Part shown: in pieces, positions 13,421 through 25,855 of the stretch | Layout of the letters: each line of letters starts with the position of its first letter | Numbering within the stretch: position 1 is the first letter of the stretch | Source of the DNA: Felis catus | Taxonomy: Eukaryota | DNA length: 64,000 nucleotides | Assembly (NCBI RefSeq): GCF_018350175.1 | Contig: NC_058368.1 | Span: 227,232,001 to 227,296,000, forward strand | Reading direction: 5' to 3' | The notes under the pieces: generated by a model | What the model was told of the DNA's origin: nothing | Database searches by the model: none | Seen by the model: only the letters and a program-made list of their open reading frames with translations | Translations under genes and position numbers: made by a program

Positions 13421-14827
13421 CGGACTTCAAGCTGTATTACAAAGCCGTAATCATCAAGACGGTATGGTACTGGCACAAAAACAGACACTCAGATCAATGG
13501 AACAGAATAGAGAACCCAGAAGTGGACCCACAAACGTATGGCCGACTCATCTTTGACAAAGCAGGAAAGAATATCCGATGGAATAACGACTATCTCTTCA
13601 GCAAGTGGCGCTGGGAAAACTGGACGGCGACATGCGGAAAAATGAACCTGGACCACTTTCTTACATCATACACAAAAATAAACTCAAAATGGATGAAAGA
13701 CCTAAATATAAGACAGACAGGAAGCCATCAAAATCCTAGAGGAGAGAGCCGGCAAAAAACCTCTTTGACCTCAGCCACAGCAACTTCTTACTCAACACAT
13801 CTCCGGAGGCAAGGGAAACAAAAGCAAAAATGAACTATTGGGACCTCATCAAAATAAAAAGCTTCTGCATGGTGAAGGAAGCAATCAGCAAAACCGAAAG
13901 GCAACCGACGGAATGGGAGAAGATATTTGCAAACGATGTCAGATAAAGGGTTAGTATCCAACATCTATAAAGAACTTCTCAAACTCAACACCCAAAAAAC
14001 AAATAACCCAGTGAAGAAATGGGCAAAAGACATGAATAGACACTTCTCCGAAGAAGACATCCAGATGGCCAACCGACACATGAAAAAAAGGGCAACATCA
14101 CTCATCATCAAGGAAATACAAATCAAAACCACCATGAGATACCCCTCACACCTGTCAGAATGGCTAACATTAACAACTCAGGCAACAACAGATGTTGGCG
14201 AGGATGCAGAGAAAGAGGATCTCTTTTGCACTGCTGGTGGGAATGCAAACTGGTGCAGCCACTCTGGAAAACAGTGTGGAGGTTTCCAAAAAATTAAAAA
14301 TAGGACTACCCTACGACCCAGCAATTGCACTACTAGGTATTTATCCAAGGGATACAGGTGTGCTGTTTCGAAGGGGCACGTGCACCCCAATGTTTATAGC
14401 AGCACTATCGACAATAGCTAAAGTATGGAAAGAGCCCAAATGTCCATTGATGGAATGTGGATAAAGAAGCTGTGGTATATATATTCAGTGAAATATTACT
14501 TGGCAATCAAAAAGAATGAAATCTTGCCATTACGTGGATGGAACTAGAGGGTATTATGCTAAGCGAAATTAGTCAGAGAAAGACAAATATCATATGACTT
14601 CACTCATATGAGGGCTTTAAGACACACAACAGATGAACACACTGGAAGGGAGGCAAAAATAATATAAAAACAGGGAGTGTAACAAAACATAAGTGACTCT
14701 GAAATATGGAGAACAGAGGGTTACTGGAGAGGTTTGTGGGGGGGGGGGATGGGCTAAATGGCTAAGGGGCATTAAGGAATCTACTCCTGAAATTGTTGCA
14801 CTATATGCTAACTAACTTGGATTTAAG

Positions 14828-14828
<1 letters not shown>
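13421..14828 (+). mobile_element. 5'-truncated felid LINE-1 (ORF2 C-terminal part plus 3'UTR), frameshifted
   Basis: Peptides [39 protein letters not shown] and [23 protein letters not shown] are typical L1 ORF2, split across frames. G-rich 3'UTR tract. TSD taaacacataaagt at 13407-13420 and 15193-15206. Confidence 0.95.

Positions 14829-14874
<46 letters not shown>
14829..14874. repeat. (TA)n microsatellite at the L1 3' end
   Basis: Perfect TA run. Confidence 0.95.
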
Positions 14875-14877
<3 letters not shown>

Positions 14878-14958
14878 CATAACAAAACAAAACTTAATTT
14901 CATTTGTAAAATGCGAATCCATGGAGAGACTAAAACAATTAAATAAAAAAAGATAATA

Positions 14959-15180
14959 GGGGCGCCTGGGTGGCGCAGTCGGTTAAGCGTCCGACTTCAG
15001 CCAGGTCACGATCTCACGGTCCGTGAGTTCGAGCCCCGCGTCGGGCTCTGGGCTGATGGCTCAGAGCCTGGAGCCTGTTTCCGATTCTGTGTCTCCCTCT
15101 CTCTCTGCCCCTCCCGCGTTCATGCTCTGTCTCTCTCTGTCCCAAAAATAAATAAACGTTGAAAAAAAAAATTAAAAAAA
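14959..15180 (+). mobile_element. Young felid CAN-SINE (SINEC_Fc type) nested in the A-rich tail of the L1 insertion
   Basis: Head ggggcgcctgggtggcgcagtcggttaagcgtccgacttcagccaggtcacg, (CT)n linker and A tail; TSD aaaaaaagataata. Confidence 0.95.
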
Positions 15181-15474
15181 AAAAGATAATAATAAACACA
15201 TAAAGTGATGGCAGGTGTCCTGCTTTCTAAAACCAAGTCTCTCCTCGTGACTATTTCTATACAGGATAAATAATGTGTGAGAGTCGGGGGGGGGGGGGAG
15301 AGGAAGGCCGGTGGGACACTCTCTGATGAATGCAGGATGTAAAACTGGGAGGGGGTTCATTCATGACTGTAAATGCATTCTATCTCGTGGTAGTTCGGAA
15401 AGATCTCTGTGCTTTCCTACATCAAATGGGCTCTTCGGCTTTTCTTTCATTGCCGTCTTGCTTTTCTTATTTCG

Positions 15475-15660
15475 TTAAGTTTATCAGTTTATTTTGAGAG
15501 AGAGAGAGAGAGAGGGGGAGGGAGAGAGAGGGAGAGTGTGAAGGGGAGGGGCAGAGAGGGAGGGAGAGAGAATATCCCAAGCCGGCTCCAAGCTGTCAGC
15601 CGAAAGTGGGGCTCGAACGCATGAGCCGTGAGATCATGACCTGAGCCACCCAGGTGCCGC
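15475..15660 (-). mobile_element. CAN-SINE (older, with deletions)
   Basis: gagag-rich linker, ggggctcgaa...gagatcatgacctgagc. Confidence 0.85.
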
Positions 15661-16719
15661 CCCCACCCCCTCGTCTCGCTCTCCTTATTTGCATCCTTGC
15701 ATTTCAGCGCATCCCCACTCGGGTTTCGCAGTTGCCATCATTCCTTCCCTTGTGAGTTTGCGTCCCACACCAAATTTTGCCACCCTCAACCGGCATCACG
15801 CAGAGTCAGACAGCCTCTGACACATGTCACACGGGCGGCCAAAATGCACCGCAGAGAGCCAAACACAGTCCGTAAGCTTTGATTCATCATTTCTACCCCA
15901 CGGTGTCCCATCCTAGATTCTTAACACGATACATCCTTTCCATCTGTCTATTTGGCAAAAACAACAGAAAAACGAGAGCCCGTGTCTAAAGGAACTGGAG
16001 CATTTTATCCAGTGCAATATTTGAATTGAGAAAATACCAGGCCATGGGATCGTCAAAGCAGGGTTTTCTGTTTTGTTTTGTTTTGTTTTTAGTTTAAAAA
16101 ACGTTTTCCACCGAAGAGCGTGGCAGACGTGCGGGGAGGCCAAGAGCCAGAGACGCAGATAGGAGCACGTGTTCCCGGCCCGTGGTCTTCCCTTTCTTCA
16201 CGTCCCAAATGAGTGTTTTTCTCTTCCCTGTGGGAGAGTTTGTTTTCCATCACGTTGCATACCGGCCAGAGCTCGTGGCTTGCAGTTGGACTGGCCTGCC
16301 TCTTGGTTGGGCGAATGTTTGAGAAGCTTTTCTTGGTGCCAGACCAGCCTGTTACAGAGGCTTCACTGAGGAGCAGTCAGGTGTACTTGACCCTTATGTT
16401 CCAGTAAAGACGGCAAAAACCCTCGGGCCTCTTGAAAACAGGGACGCGCGAATAAAAGCGTTTTGTGAGGAGTCGTCAACAAGACTTCGCCGTCCTTTGT
16501 AAGATGGTCACGATTCAGTCTCACTCCTACTACGTTTGACAGTTTCCCATCTGAACTGTTTCCTTTCTCTCGTGCTGGGCTCTGTTCCTTTCTTCGGCTC
16601 CGGATCCCTCTCTGGTGCTAAATCCCACCATTGGGAGTGAGCGTTGTGCGGAGAAAAATCACCAGCGCGGCTACTGGAGCTTTAGAAGAAATGAACTGAG
16701 ACCCGTTTAAAGTAGCTCT

Positions 16720-16835
16720 GGGGCGCCCGGCTGGCTCGGTCGGTAGAGCACGTGACTCTTGACATTGGGGTTGTGAGAGGGAGCCCCACATCGGGTGCAG
16801 AGATTACTTTAAAAAATCTTTAAACAAAAAATAAT
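16720..16835 (+). mobile_element. Short older carnivore SINE
   Basis: ggggcgcccggctggctcggtcggtagagcacgtgactcttga; TSD taaagtagctc. Confidence 0.85.
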
Positions 16836-16978
16836 AAAGTAGCTCCTTTCTCTTTTTTGGAGCTTCTAAACCGATCCTCTTTTATTCTGCATATAAGGTT
16901 GTTTGTTGAAGGTGACACGTTCAGATATGGCAAATCCAGAAGTAGAATATCCTCTCTTAATTGAGACAGTCACCTCTT

Positions 16979-17093
16979 GGGACCCCTGGCTGGCTCAATC
17001 TGGAGAGCATGGGGCTCTTGATCTTGAGGTCCTGGGTTCAAGCCCCACCTTAGATAGATATAGAGCTTGCTTTAAAAAAAAAAAAAAAAAAAA
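16979..17093 (+). mobile_element. Short older carnivore SINE
   Basis: tRNA-like head plus poly(A); degenerate TSD agacagtcacctctt/agacaatcgcctctt. Confidence 0.8.
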
Positions 17094-18836
17094 AGACAAT
17101 CGCCTCTTTTCTTAAACCGCTTTAGGTCAACAAAGTCAAATGTTTTTAGATTAGGAAAAGAAAGAAATTTAGCATAACGTGCTCTCCAGGTTAGAATAAC
17201 AAGCGGGGGCATTTTGTAGGGCAGGAATACTTTGTCACCAGCTTATCTTCAGTGCTTTATTGCTTAATTTATTTATTTAAGATTTTAGTGTCAGTGCTTT
17301 GTTTAAACTGAGTTGCCAGAAATACCTATAGCCAGAAACCAGGACCAGGGAGCTTAGTGCATGGGGCGTGCAAACAAGACAATGTAGGGACCAGAACTTT
17401 GAACTGTCCTTTGCACCAATACCCCATCCACCTTGGGCAGCAACTGGCTAACCAGCCGGAACACGTGACCTTTATCTTAAGAGCCTGAGAAGCCTGGTTT
17501 TTAGAGTGTTTCAACTCAACCGGGCAACACTCAGAGCCCTTTCTAACTTGTGTTCTGTAGTATTTGTTCTCTGCCCTTGGTGCCTCCGGGCGCTTTGGCA
17601 CTCTGATCATTACTTCTGTCTGCCTTGCAGCCCCTGTCTCTGTGTGAACACTTGACGATCCTTTTACTGTGTGTGTGGAAATGGCCCGGCTGTGGATATT
17701 ATCTTATAAATAAAGAGCGCTCCCTGGTAGGAGCTGATGAACGCCTTGTCATCCGTGAGAACTGACGGAGGCACGAGAAACAAAGAACGGGCACATCCAT
17801 AGGGAAATACAGAACCCATGGGGCTCCCTGGAAATCATACGGATTTGGAGTCATGTGGAAAATCAAGATCTCTCACAGTTTTATAATATCTATGGGAGGA
17901 AGTACATGACGAAGTAGTTCAGACTGCAGATGCCAAGAATGACTGTCAATGAGAAATGTCAGGGCTGTGGCTGCATTCCTGTTTCACACGCATGTGCATC
18001 CACACACACATCCACATGCGGACGTACAGAGTCGCTTCAGCCTGGGCACTGTGAGCTAGTGAATGTGTGGTGGGGAGGGAGATCCCGGCACACCGGGCAC
18101 CAGTGTTTTAAGTCTTCACAGGTGGTGCAACACAGGAGACTTGTAATCTCTCGTGAACACACCAGCCCAGAGGTCCTGCTCAGCCCAATAGGAATCATCA
18201 GGTAGAAGCTATTTAAAATGAAACAGAAAATGTCCCCTCACTCTTGTAGAAAGCCACAGAACTAGAATATCGAGCATAGCTCGTCAACACAGAATTACAG
18301 AATTTCCAGAAAGGGCCAAATGAAGTGTTCCAAAGGACAGGTGGGGTGCTGGTATGTAAGAATATACTTCAAAGGCCGGGACTCTTCAAACTAGAAAGAC
18401 CAGCGCTCTGTTAAATATCCCCATTCTGTTTTCACATATGGGCGAGTAAAAGTGGCTTTGTGTGGTAGACATTGGCATTGGGGAATTAGGACTCCCCACT
18501 GTGAAGTCAGAAGAAAGTAACATTTTATTTACATCGAGAGGAGAGGGAGCAAGGGAAGGAACAGGGTGGCTGACTAATTAGTGAACTTTCTGGCCCAGGG
18601 GGTGTCGTGGGTACAATGTATGAACTACTCTGAGAAATTCTTAGACGGATACATCCAAGGTATATCCATAAAGGGAGTTCCATAAAATGCACCTTGGTGT
18701 TGGAAACAGACCATTGAGTTAAAAAAAAAAAAAAAAAAGGATCGGACTGATTTAATCCATCCACTTTAGGGTCCATTTATTTATATTTTTAGATACCTGA
18801 TATTGGTCAGGCGCTGGACTAGTACACTAACTGATC

Positions 18837-18877
18837 ACACGCACACACACACACACACACGCACACACACACACACG
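18837..18877. repeat. Interrupted (CA)n microsatellite
   Basis: cacacgcacacac... run. Confidence 0.9.
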
Positions 18878-19371
18878 CAGTCTCTTGCTCTCATATCACT
18901 TGTAATCTAGTGGAGCAGGCAAACATATAAATAACTAACTTTATAAAGCTATATGTGGATAAGATAAATGACAAACAGGCACTAACAGTTGTCTATGGAA
19001 ACAACACTGTAGAAGGAGTAGTGGTCCCGATGGGAGGGAAGGGAATGCCCTCTCAAGGAGCTTAGCACCTGAGCCTCACCTTGAAGGCTCAGTGGGACTG
19101 GGGACAGGTGGAAAGTAGGAGGGAAGAGAGTCTGGCCCGAGGAATCGATCCAAGCCAAGTAGAGGGGAAGTGTGATGCTCAGGGGCTGGGGAGTAGTCAG
19201 GGAAGGCTGGAACGTGGGGGGCAGGGAAAGACGGGGAGAAGAGGCTGAAAAAGAGGTGGCACAGATCACCTACAGATAGGAGTTTAGGCTAGGTTGTAGG
19301 CAGTGGAAGTCATGGGTGTTGCAGATGGCAGTGGCATGACCTTGTCTGTGTTTTCAGATGACTGCGGAGCA

Positions 19372-19535
19372 GGGGCACCTGGGTGGCTCAGTCGGTTGAG
19401 AGTCTGACTCTTGATTTCAGCTCAGGTCATGAGCTCATGGATCACGGGGTCAAGCCCCGCATCGGGCTCTGTGCTGACAGCGCAAGGTGCTCTCTCTTCC
19501 CCTCCCCCCCTCAAAACAATTAAATTAAAAAAAAA
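19372..19535 (+). mobile_element. CAN-SINE (internally deleted)
   Basis: ggggcacctgggtggctcagtcggttgag head and A tail. Confidence 0.88.
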
Positions 19536-20267
19536 CAACAAGATGACCGGGTTAGTGTGGAGAAGCAGTTGGAGAGCCAGGGGAGTAGAAGTAGAGTTGA
19601 TGGGCTGTGGCAGAGATACTGATGGGGATAAGTAGCTGGGAAGCCCAGTCTCTGGGGGATGTGCCACCCAGGGTCCCCGGCGAGGATCCAGGCATCGGTG
19701 GTCGTGTGGCATGCAGAGATGCAGGCCTTCTTTGCGCTGGGCGTTTTCAGGACGGACCTGGAACTTTATGATCACCTTAATCCTACAAAGCGGAGGATAT
19801 GGTTACACATGTTAATTTAATTTAATCCCTCTTTCTTCTTGTGACTCCTGTAGTTACATTTTGACCAAAATAGCTCTTTAATAGCCACGTGAACTTAACA
19901 TTTTTTAAGAGAATTCAGGTGTTAATTGGCATTACTAATCTGCATAGTATTTTTGCCAAAATTCATGCTCTGTATCAGTGGACCTATTTTTAACACCATT
20001 TTGTAACGTGCTAAGACCTTTGCATGCACTGAACAGTGAGTTATATTAATAAGGACCTATTCAACCATTTATAAGCATGACAAGGATGATGACACCAAAT
20101 CAAAGTAAACCACAGCACTCTGCATATCCTGTTCTCAGCACTCCTTTCTTGCTGTGCTGTATTCACGTTGGTTGTACTGCATGTATTGAAACGGACATTT
20201 CCCCATCGAGACGGTCAGCTGCTTGAGGGCAAGGACTATGCTTTATTTTTCTTTTGATTGTCCCCCA

Positions 20268-20695
20268 AGTTAAAGAAAAAATTAGTTTAATGCTTGTTAA
20301 AGTGTCAAGGAAGACCTTATTCCAGGCTATTGTGACAGGTGACAAGACTGTCACAATAGGGGAGACAGATCAAGCCCAAGTCCGAATGCAGCACGGACAA
20401 GTGACGCTTTATATATAGCCAGTGAGCAGAGTGAGGGGTCAGCGGATAGAAATCACTAAGGGGAGGCATCCAGGCTCGGGGCATTCTCGCTAAACCACCC
20501 TACCAGGATTCTTGCTAAAGACCTCAAGGACGGGGAACTGAACAAATACTGAGGTTGATCAGATTCTCACGGGGGAGGAATTCTCTCTACACCGACTGGC
20601 TACAAGTGGACCAGACAGGCCAAAACGAAGACCCAACATCAGCGATGCCTACTCGAGAAGAGGGCTCAAAGGTGCCTGACTAACGCGGAGTTCGA
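20268..20695 (-). mobile_element. ERV1 solo LTR (MER31/MER67-like)
   Basis: The reverse complement gives tagtcaggcacctttgagccctcttctcgag ... aataaggtcttccttgacactttaacaag...ttttctttaac; similar to the LTR at 11370. Confidence 0.65.
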
Positions 20696-21054
20696 GGTCT
20701 TAAAACTGGAAGATAAGCAGTGTTAGGTGTGTGTCGTGGGAAGATCCGTGCTGCCTCCGTGCAGTCTGATTCCAGACCAAGAGACAGCACTGGAGATGTT
20801 GTGTAACAGTCAAGGAGGCTCTCGGGGAAGGAGATGACCCATTAAGTAGGCAAAGGGAAGGAGGATTTTGAGAGCCCACAGTCCAAATCAGAAACATTCG
20901 CCCGAATGTTGGCTGCTACGTTTACATAGGTTTTGGTACAAAATGCCTTTTTGGTGTTGGTTTTAACTTGAGGAAACGTTAACCCTTAAAGAAAAATCAG
21001 TTTTCCCTTGGTAGTTTTCAAACTTCTTGGGGTTCTATTTGGTTTCTTTTTTTG

Positions 21055-21254
21055 CATTTGTTTTTAAGCTTATTTATTTTTGAGAGTGGGGGGAGCATGA
21101 GTGGGAGAGGGGCAGAGAGAAGGAGACACAGAATCTGAAGCAGGCCCCAGATTCTAAACTGTCAGCATGGAGCCTGACGTGGGGCTCGAACTCATGAACT
21201 GCTAGATCGTGACCTGAGCCGAAGTCAGACGCTCAACCACTGAGCCACCCAGGC
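21055..21254 (-). mobile_element. CAN-SINE
   Basis: agacacagaatctgaagcagg...ctgagccacccagg. Confidence 0.88.
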
Positions 21255-23553
21255 AGTTTATTTTTTAACAGGCAAATATTCTAAACAGAAAAAACTACCT
21301 TCAGGAACAAATGATTGAAAGTGCTTAGAATTTTATAGAGGGAAATATATGGGGAGAAGGAAGAAAGGACTATGATGGTACCATGAGTTGAACTAGAAAA
21401 AATATATAATTTTCTACATTCAGACTTGGCAAGGGTTTCTAATGGACCACAATGGTCCATGTACTTACCCTGTTGGTCTTCAGACCTTGAAGAATTAAGG
21501 ATAGAAGAAGTTGAATGAAGTGGATAATACCAAGCACAGACTCTGTGAAAAAGCGATGGTACAGTCCAGCCCCGGGGCCTGGCTGCCATGGCTGATTTTA
21601 TTCTTTAACTTGAAAATGGGTTCATCATCGAGAATTTGTTTAGCAGAAAACAGGTTGATCGTTTGCTCGCATTTGGGGACGGTGTGTAACATAATCAGAA
21701 TGCTCTTAAGCTGTTCGTTGCAAAGGTCCACGCTCACGGGGCAACTGGAAAGGACGTTCAGTGCACTGGGATTTTTTAGGAGCTGAAACCTGCAATCCAG
21801 CTCCCCCCTGACACTGACACCTTAATTAGATCTTGGTTGCACGCGGGGGCTTCTTCGTCTGGAAAGCGTAACGCGACTGGTCTGGGTGGCCAGCGGAGCA
21901 GTCAGCTAGGAGTCCTAGCTCCTTCCGCCCCCAGGTCTCTCTTTTTCCCTTCCCTGCCTCTGGGCTGTAGTTATGGGTCAGCCCTGTCTTTTTCTTCTTT
22001 GGAAAGCCAAGTAACTGTTTTGTTACCAAAGCGAAGGGTCAGAACGCACCATGCTCTGGGCAATGCGGTTCCCTTATAGGAGGCCGTGTGCCTGCAGCAG
22101 AGGGATCATGAGCTGTACTCGGAGCAGCATGATTTATCGTTTGCTTTTAATACTCCTCCACTTATTTCCCACCTACCTTCTTCACCCCAGAGTGCCCTGT
22201 GGAAATCATAAGTCTGTGTAAAACGACATTTTGCAGCCACGGAAATGATAGTGTCGAATCTGGAATTTTATAAACCCCGTATACCATCCGGTGGTCTAGG
22301 TGTAGAAGAGGTAAAAAAATGACCTTGACAGTGATTCCCAAGGTTTGATCTCATACTAAATCTTTTTTTTTTTTTTTCCCTTGACTGGCTTTTCAATTTA
22401 GAAACAAAAAGTTCCCTGCGGAATAGTAAGTCAGGGAGCCAAGGACGAATAGTGGCTTCTAAGGGCACAGAAAGTAGAAGTGAAGCCTACACTTGTCTCT
22501 TTAGTGTCTTAGTGTTGCAAGGGATCCCTGAAACCTGAAAACGCTGGAATCAGTGGCCAGGCACCGAATTCATTCATGGTCAACGTAATGAGTCTCGTCC
22601 CGTAGGTACCTTGTGCTCAAAATCAACGAAAGTTAATCCTGACCTGACTTATCCGTGCCGTCGGGCACAAACATGCCCCCCTCGATTCACCTTTACGTTT
22701 TCAAAGTTAAAAATTGGCATGCTTTCATAATAGCTACACTCCTCCCCCATGAAATTCGGAAGTGCGTCTTGCGTCTTCCCCTCCCTTGGACGGGATTCAG
22801 AAGCTGTTGGTGGCACACAGCCCCTGAGGAGTCAGAACAGCAGGCAGCAATGCCACCGGAGAAGGAAAACAGAGGACATGTTTGTGGCCGCCATTCGGCT
22901 GGCATCCAAAAACTAACTTCCTGTTTAGGCTCCTTTGGGAGCAAAAGCTTGGTTTTAGATCTTAATTCTGTTTTGGTTTCAGGGGCCCAGTGCCCACTCT
23001 GGGGTCACGTCGAGACCAGGCTGACTCAGGAAGGAACCCTCCTGTTGAGTCATCCATCCTATTTCCTGTGGGTCCAGAGGTTCTTTTGGAGGCTTTTCAT
23101 CCAGGTGGTCCCTGGCTTCAGCCTCAACAGTCTGGAAAACTCAGAACGATGAGACTTGAACATTTGCAGGATGTACTTCTGCATTTCGTCACTATAGGAA
23201 AGCATCATGATCCCCTGAACGATTTATTTCAAAGACAAATAGAAAAGTGTGGGGGTGGGGGGGAGGGGGGCAGAGAAAATCCGAGCTTGCTGCCGTGATG
23301 TGTGCACATCTCATCAAAGCATTTAAACACTCCCTTTCCCCTGTGCCACTTTGTTAGCATACAGACTTCCCGTAGGGACGTGGTGCCTGCTTTTTAGAGA
23401 TTTATAATCTGAAACAGATGATCCTGGTGCAGGTTATATGTGTGTAAAGCCACACGAACAAAAATTGAAAATATTTTAATAGGTTTCTCACAACTGGGTT
23501 CAGGTTAAGGATGGGTACCTAAGGAAACAGCGCTCAAGAAATACAACAGTCTT

Positions 23554-23764
23554 GGGGCGCCTGGGTGGCTCGATCGATTAAGCGTCCGACTTCAGCTCAG
23601 GTCACGATCTCGCGGTCCGAGCGGTCTGGGCTGATGGCTCAGAGCCTGGGGCCCGCTTCAGATTCTGTGTCTCCCTCTCTCTCTGCCCCTTCCCCATTCA
23701 TGCTCTGTCTCTCTCTGTCCCAAAAATAAACGTTAAAAAAAAAAAAAATTAAAAAAAAAAAAAA
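23554..23764 (+). mobile_element. CAN-SINE with a small internal deletion
   Basis: 18-bp TSD aagaaatacaac(a/g)gtctt. Confidence 0.93.
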
Positions 23765-23944
23765 AAGAAATACAACGGTCTTGAACCCTTGTGAACTCAG
23801 TGTGTTGATGCAGCAACATAGGAAGGAATATCATGGCAAACCACCGCGTAGCTGCAACTCTGGGGTAGTTATTTTAATGCTGGGCTAGTGAGAAGGAGGC
23901 CCAAGAAACATTTCATCACTTTGAATCAAAAAATAAAAGATGAG

Positions 23945-24178
23945 ATTTTTTAAAAGTTTTTTTAATGCTTATTTTTGAGAGAGAGAGAGAGAGAGAGGGA
24001 CAGAGCTTGAGTGTGGAGGGACAAAGAAAGAAGAAGACACAGAATTCAAAGTAGGCTCCAAGCTGTGAGCTGTCAGCACAGAGCCCAACATGGGGACTGA
24101 ACCCACGAACCGTGAGATCGTGTCCTGAGTGGAAACCAAGAATCAGATGCTCAACTGACTCAGCCACCCAGGTGCCCC
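23945..24178 (-). mobile_element. CAN-SINE
   Basis: TSD taaaagatgag. Confidence 0.9.
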
Positions 24179-24749
24179 TAAAAGATGAGTTTGTTTGTTT
24201 TTTTAAGTAGAACTATATTTTCAGAGTTCCCAGCAACCAATATTGTTTAGAATATTATTCCACAGGCTCCCTGAAGCGAAGAATTCCATGGTGCAATGGT
24301 ACCTCGTGTCACGTTTCTTTCTCCTTTGTTACTTTATGGAGGGTCAGTTCAGGGATCCACTGCCCTTCCACATTTTATTCTTCTACTTACAAGAGGTCAC
24401 AAGAGGACAGTTAAAACCGATGATCCCAAAGATAGACCACATCTGATAGAGGAACAGCCACTGCGCATTACCATGAGAAGATTCTCCAAGAACAACACAC
24501 ACAGGAACTGGCCCTGCTGTTCTTGACAGTCTACAGAGTCACCTCTGCCCTCCCAGCCAGCAGGCGTGGCAAACACTTCTCTGACCTCCCGACAGAGGAG
24601 ATCGTCCTGGGAATGACGATAGGATAGCAGCGCTCATCACAGACACCACCTTAAGGGCAGTGTTCTGTTGGACTCCCAGATAATCATTACGTGGTAATTA
24701 TTAAACTTGTGACAAGCCCTCCATTTAAAACATTCAAGTTTCTTGCGTT

Positions 24750-25194
24750 GGGGCGACTGGTGGCTCAGTCAGTGAAGTGTCGGACTGCGGCTCAGGTCAT
24801 GATCTCCTGGTTCGTGGGTTCGAGCCCGCTCTGGGCTCTGTGCTGACCGCTCAGAGCCTGGGGCCTGCTTCGGATTCTGTGTCTCCCTCTCTCTCTCTGC
24901 CCCTCCCCGACTCACATGCTCTCTCTGTCAAAAATGAATAAACTTATTTTTTTTTCAATGTTTATTTATTTTTGGGACAGAGAGAGACAGAGCATGAACG
25001 GGGGAGGGGCAGAGAGAGAGGGAGACACAGAATCGGAAACAGGCTCCAGGCTCCGAGCCATCAGCCCAGAGCCTGACGCGGGGCTCGAACTCACGGACCG
25101 CGAGATCGTGACCTGGCTGAAGTCGGACGCTTAACCGACTGCGCCACCCAGGCGCCCCTCAAAAATGAATAAACTTAAAAAAAAAATTTGTTTT
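24750..25194 (+). mobile_element. CAN-SINE whose tail is interrupted by an inverted SINE
   Basis: TSD aagtttcttg(c/t)gtt at 24736-24749 and 25195-25208. Confidence 0.92.
24947..25158 (-). mobile_element. Young felid CAN-SINE, nested and inverted
   Basis: Perfect 19-bp TSD tcaaaaatgaataaactta at 24928-24946 and 25159-25177. Confidence 0.95.
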
Positions 25195-25365
25195 AAGTTT
25201 CTTGTGTTAGCCCCGTTCAAGCAGTAAACTTACGTAATGGGTTTTCCCCCTCTCAAATATAGTTTATAATGGGATGTTTAGAGTTTTGTTGTGGTTATTA
25301 TTTGTTTACAGGGGGGAGGCTAAAATGGAAGAGGTGTTACATGAGGGATAATTCTCTTCACCTAA

Positions 25366-25574
25366 TTAATTTTTTTTAAGTTTATTTATTTACTTGGAGA
25401 GAGAGAGAAAGAGAGAACGAGTGGAGGAGGGGCAGAGAGAGAGAGAGAATCCGAAGCAGATTCAAGCACTGTCAGAGACTGACTCAGGGCTCAAACTCAC
25501 GAACCCTTAAGATCATGACCTGAGCTGAGATCAAGAGTCAGGCTCATTAACTGAGTGAGCCACCCGGGCACCCC
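25366..25574 (-). mobile_element. CAN-SINE (older)
   Basis: aagtttatttatt...gatcatgacctgagctgagatcaagagtca...gggcacccc. Confidence 0.88.
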
Positions 25575-25855
25575 ATGATTAATATTTCTATTTTATTCAG
25601 CAACTGTTGAGTTAGGCAGCTTGTACCCTTAGTATTTTCAAAATAGATCTATGGAAATGGCAAAAGTGTGGAATACTTGAAAATTATGGTTACAAAATTG
25701 CACCCAAGTTGCATATTATGTCTGCTTGTGTACTCATTTACACGTTTACCTAATCTCCCTACCTAGACTGAATAAGTCAGAAACTACCTATTAAGTTTAT
25801 ATGCATCTTCTTAAAACCCCTAACTCAGTGCGAATCAAAATATTTAGAGGCACAT

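Larger units (their letters stand above)
18790..19620 (-). mobile_element. L2 remnant interrupted by (CA)n and a SINE
   Basis: Purine-rich L2-like text, e.g. aatctagtggag...acatataaataa and ggcatgaccttgtctgtgtttt. Confidence 0.5.

Noticed and set aside
13318..13833. Chimeric ORF joining unique sequence to L1 ORF2
   Set aside because: It starts at a non-ATG codon, is a chance open frame upstream of the L1 truncation point, and shifts out of the L1 frame near 13711.
11370..20695. Full-length provirus between the two LTRs
   Set aside because: The LTRs are inverted and no gag, pol or env remnants were seen between them.
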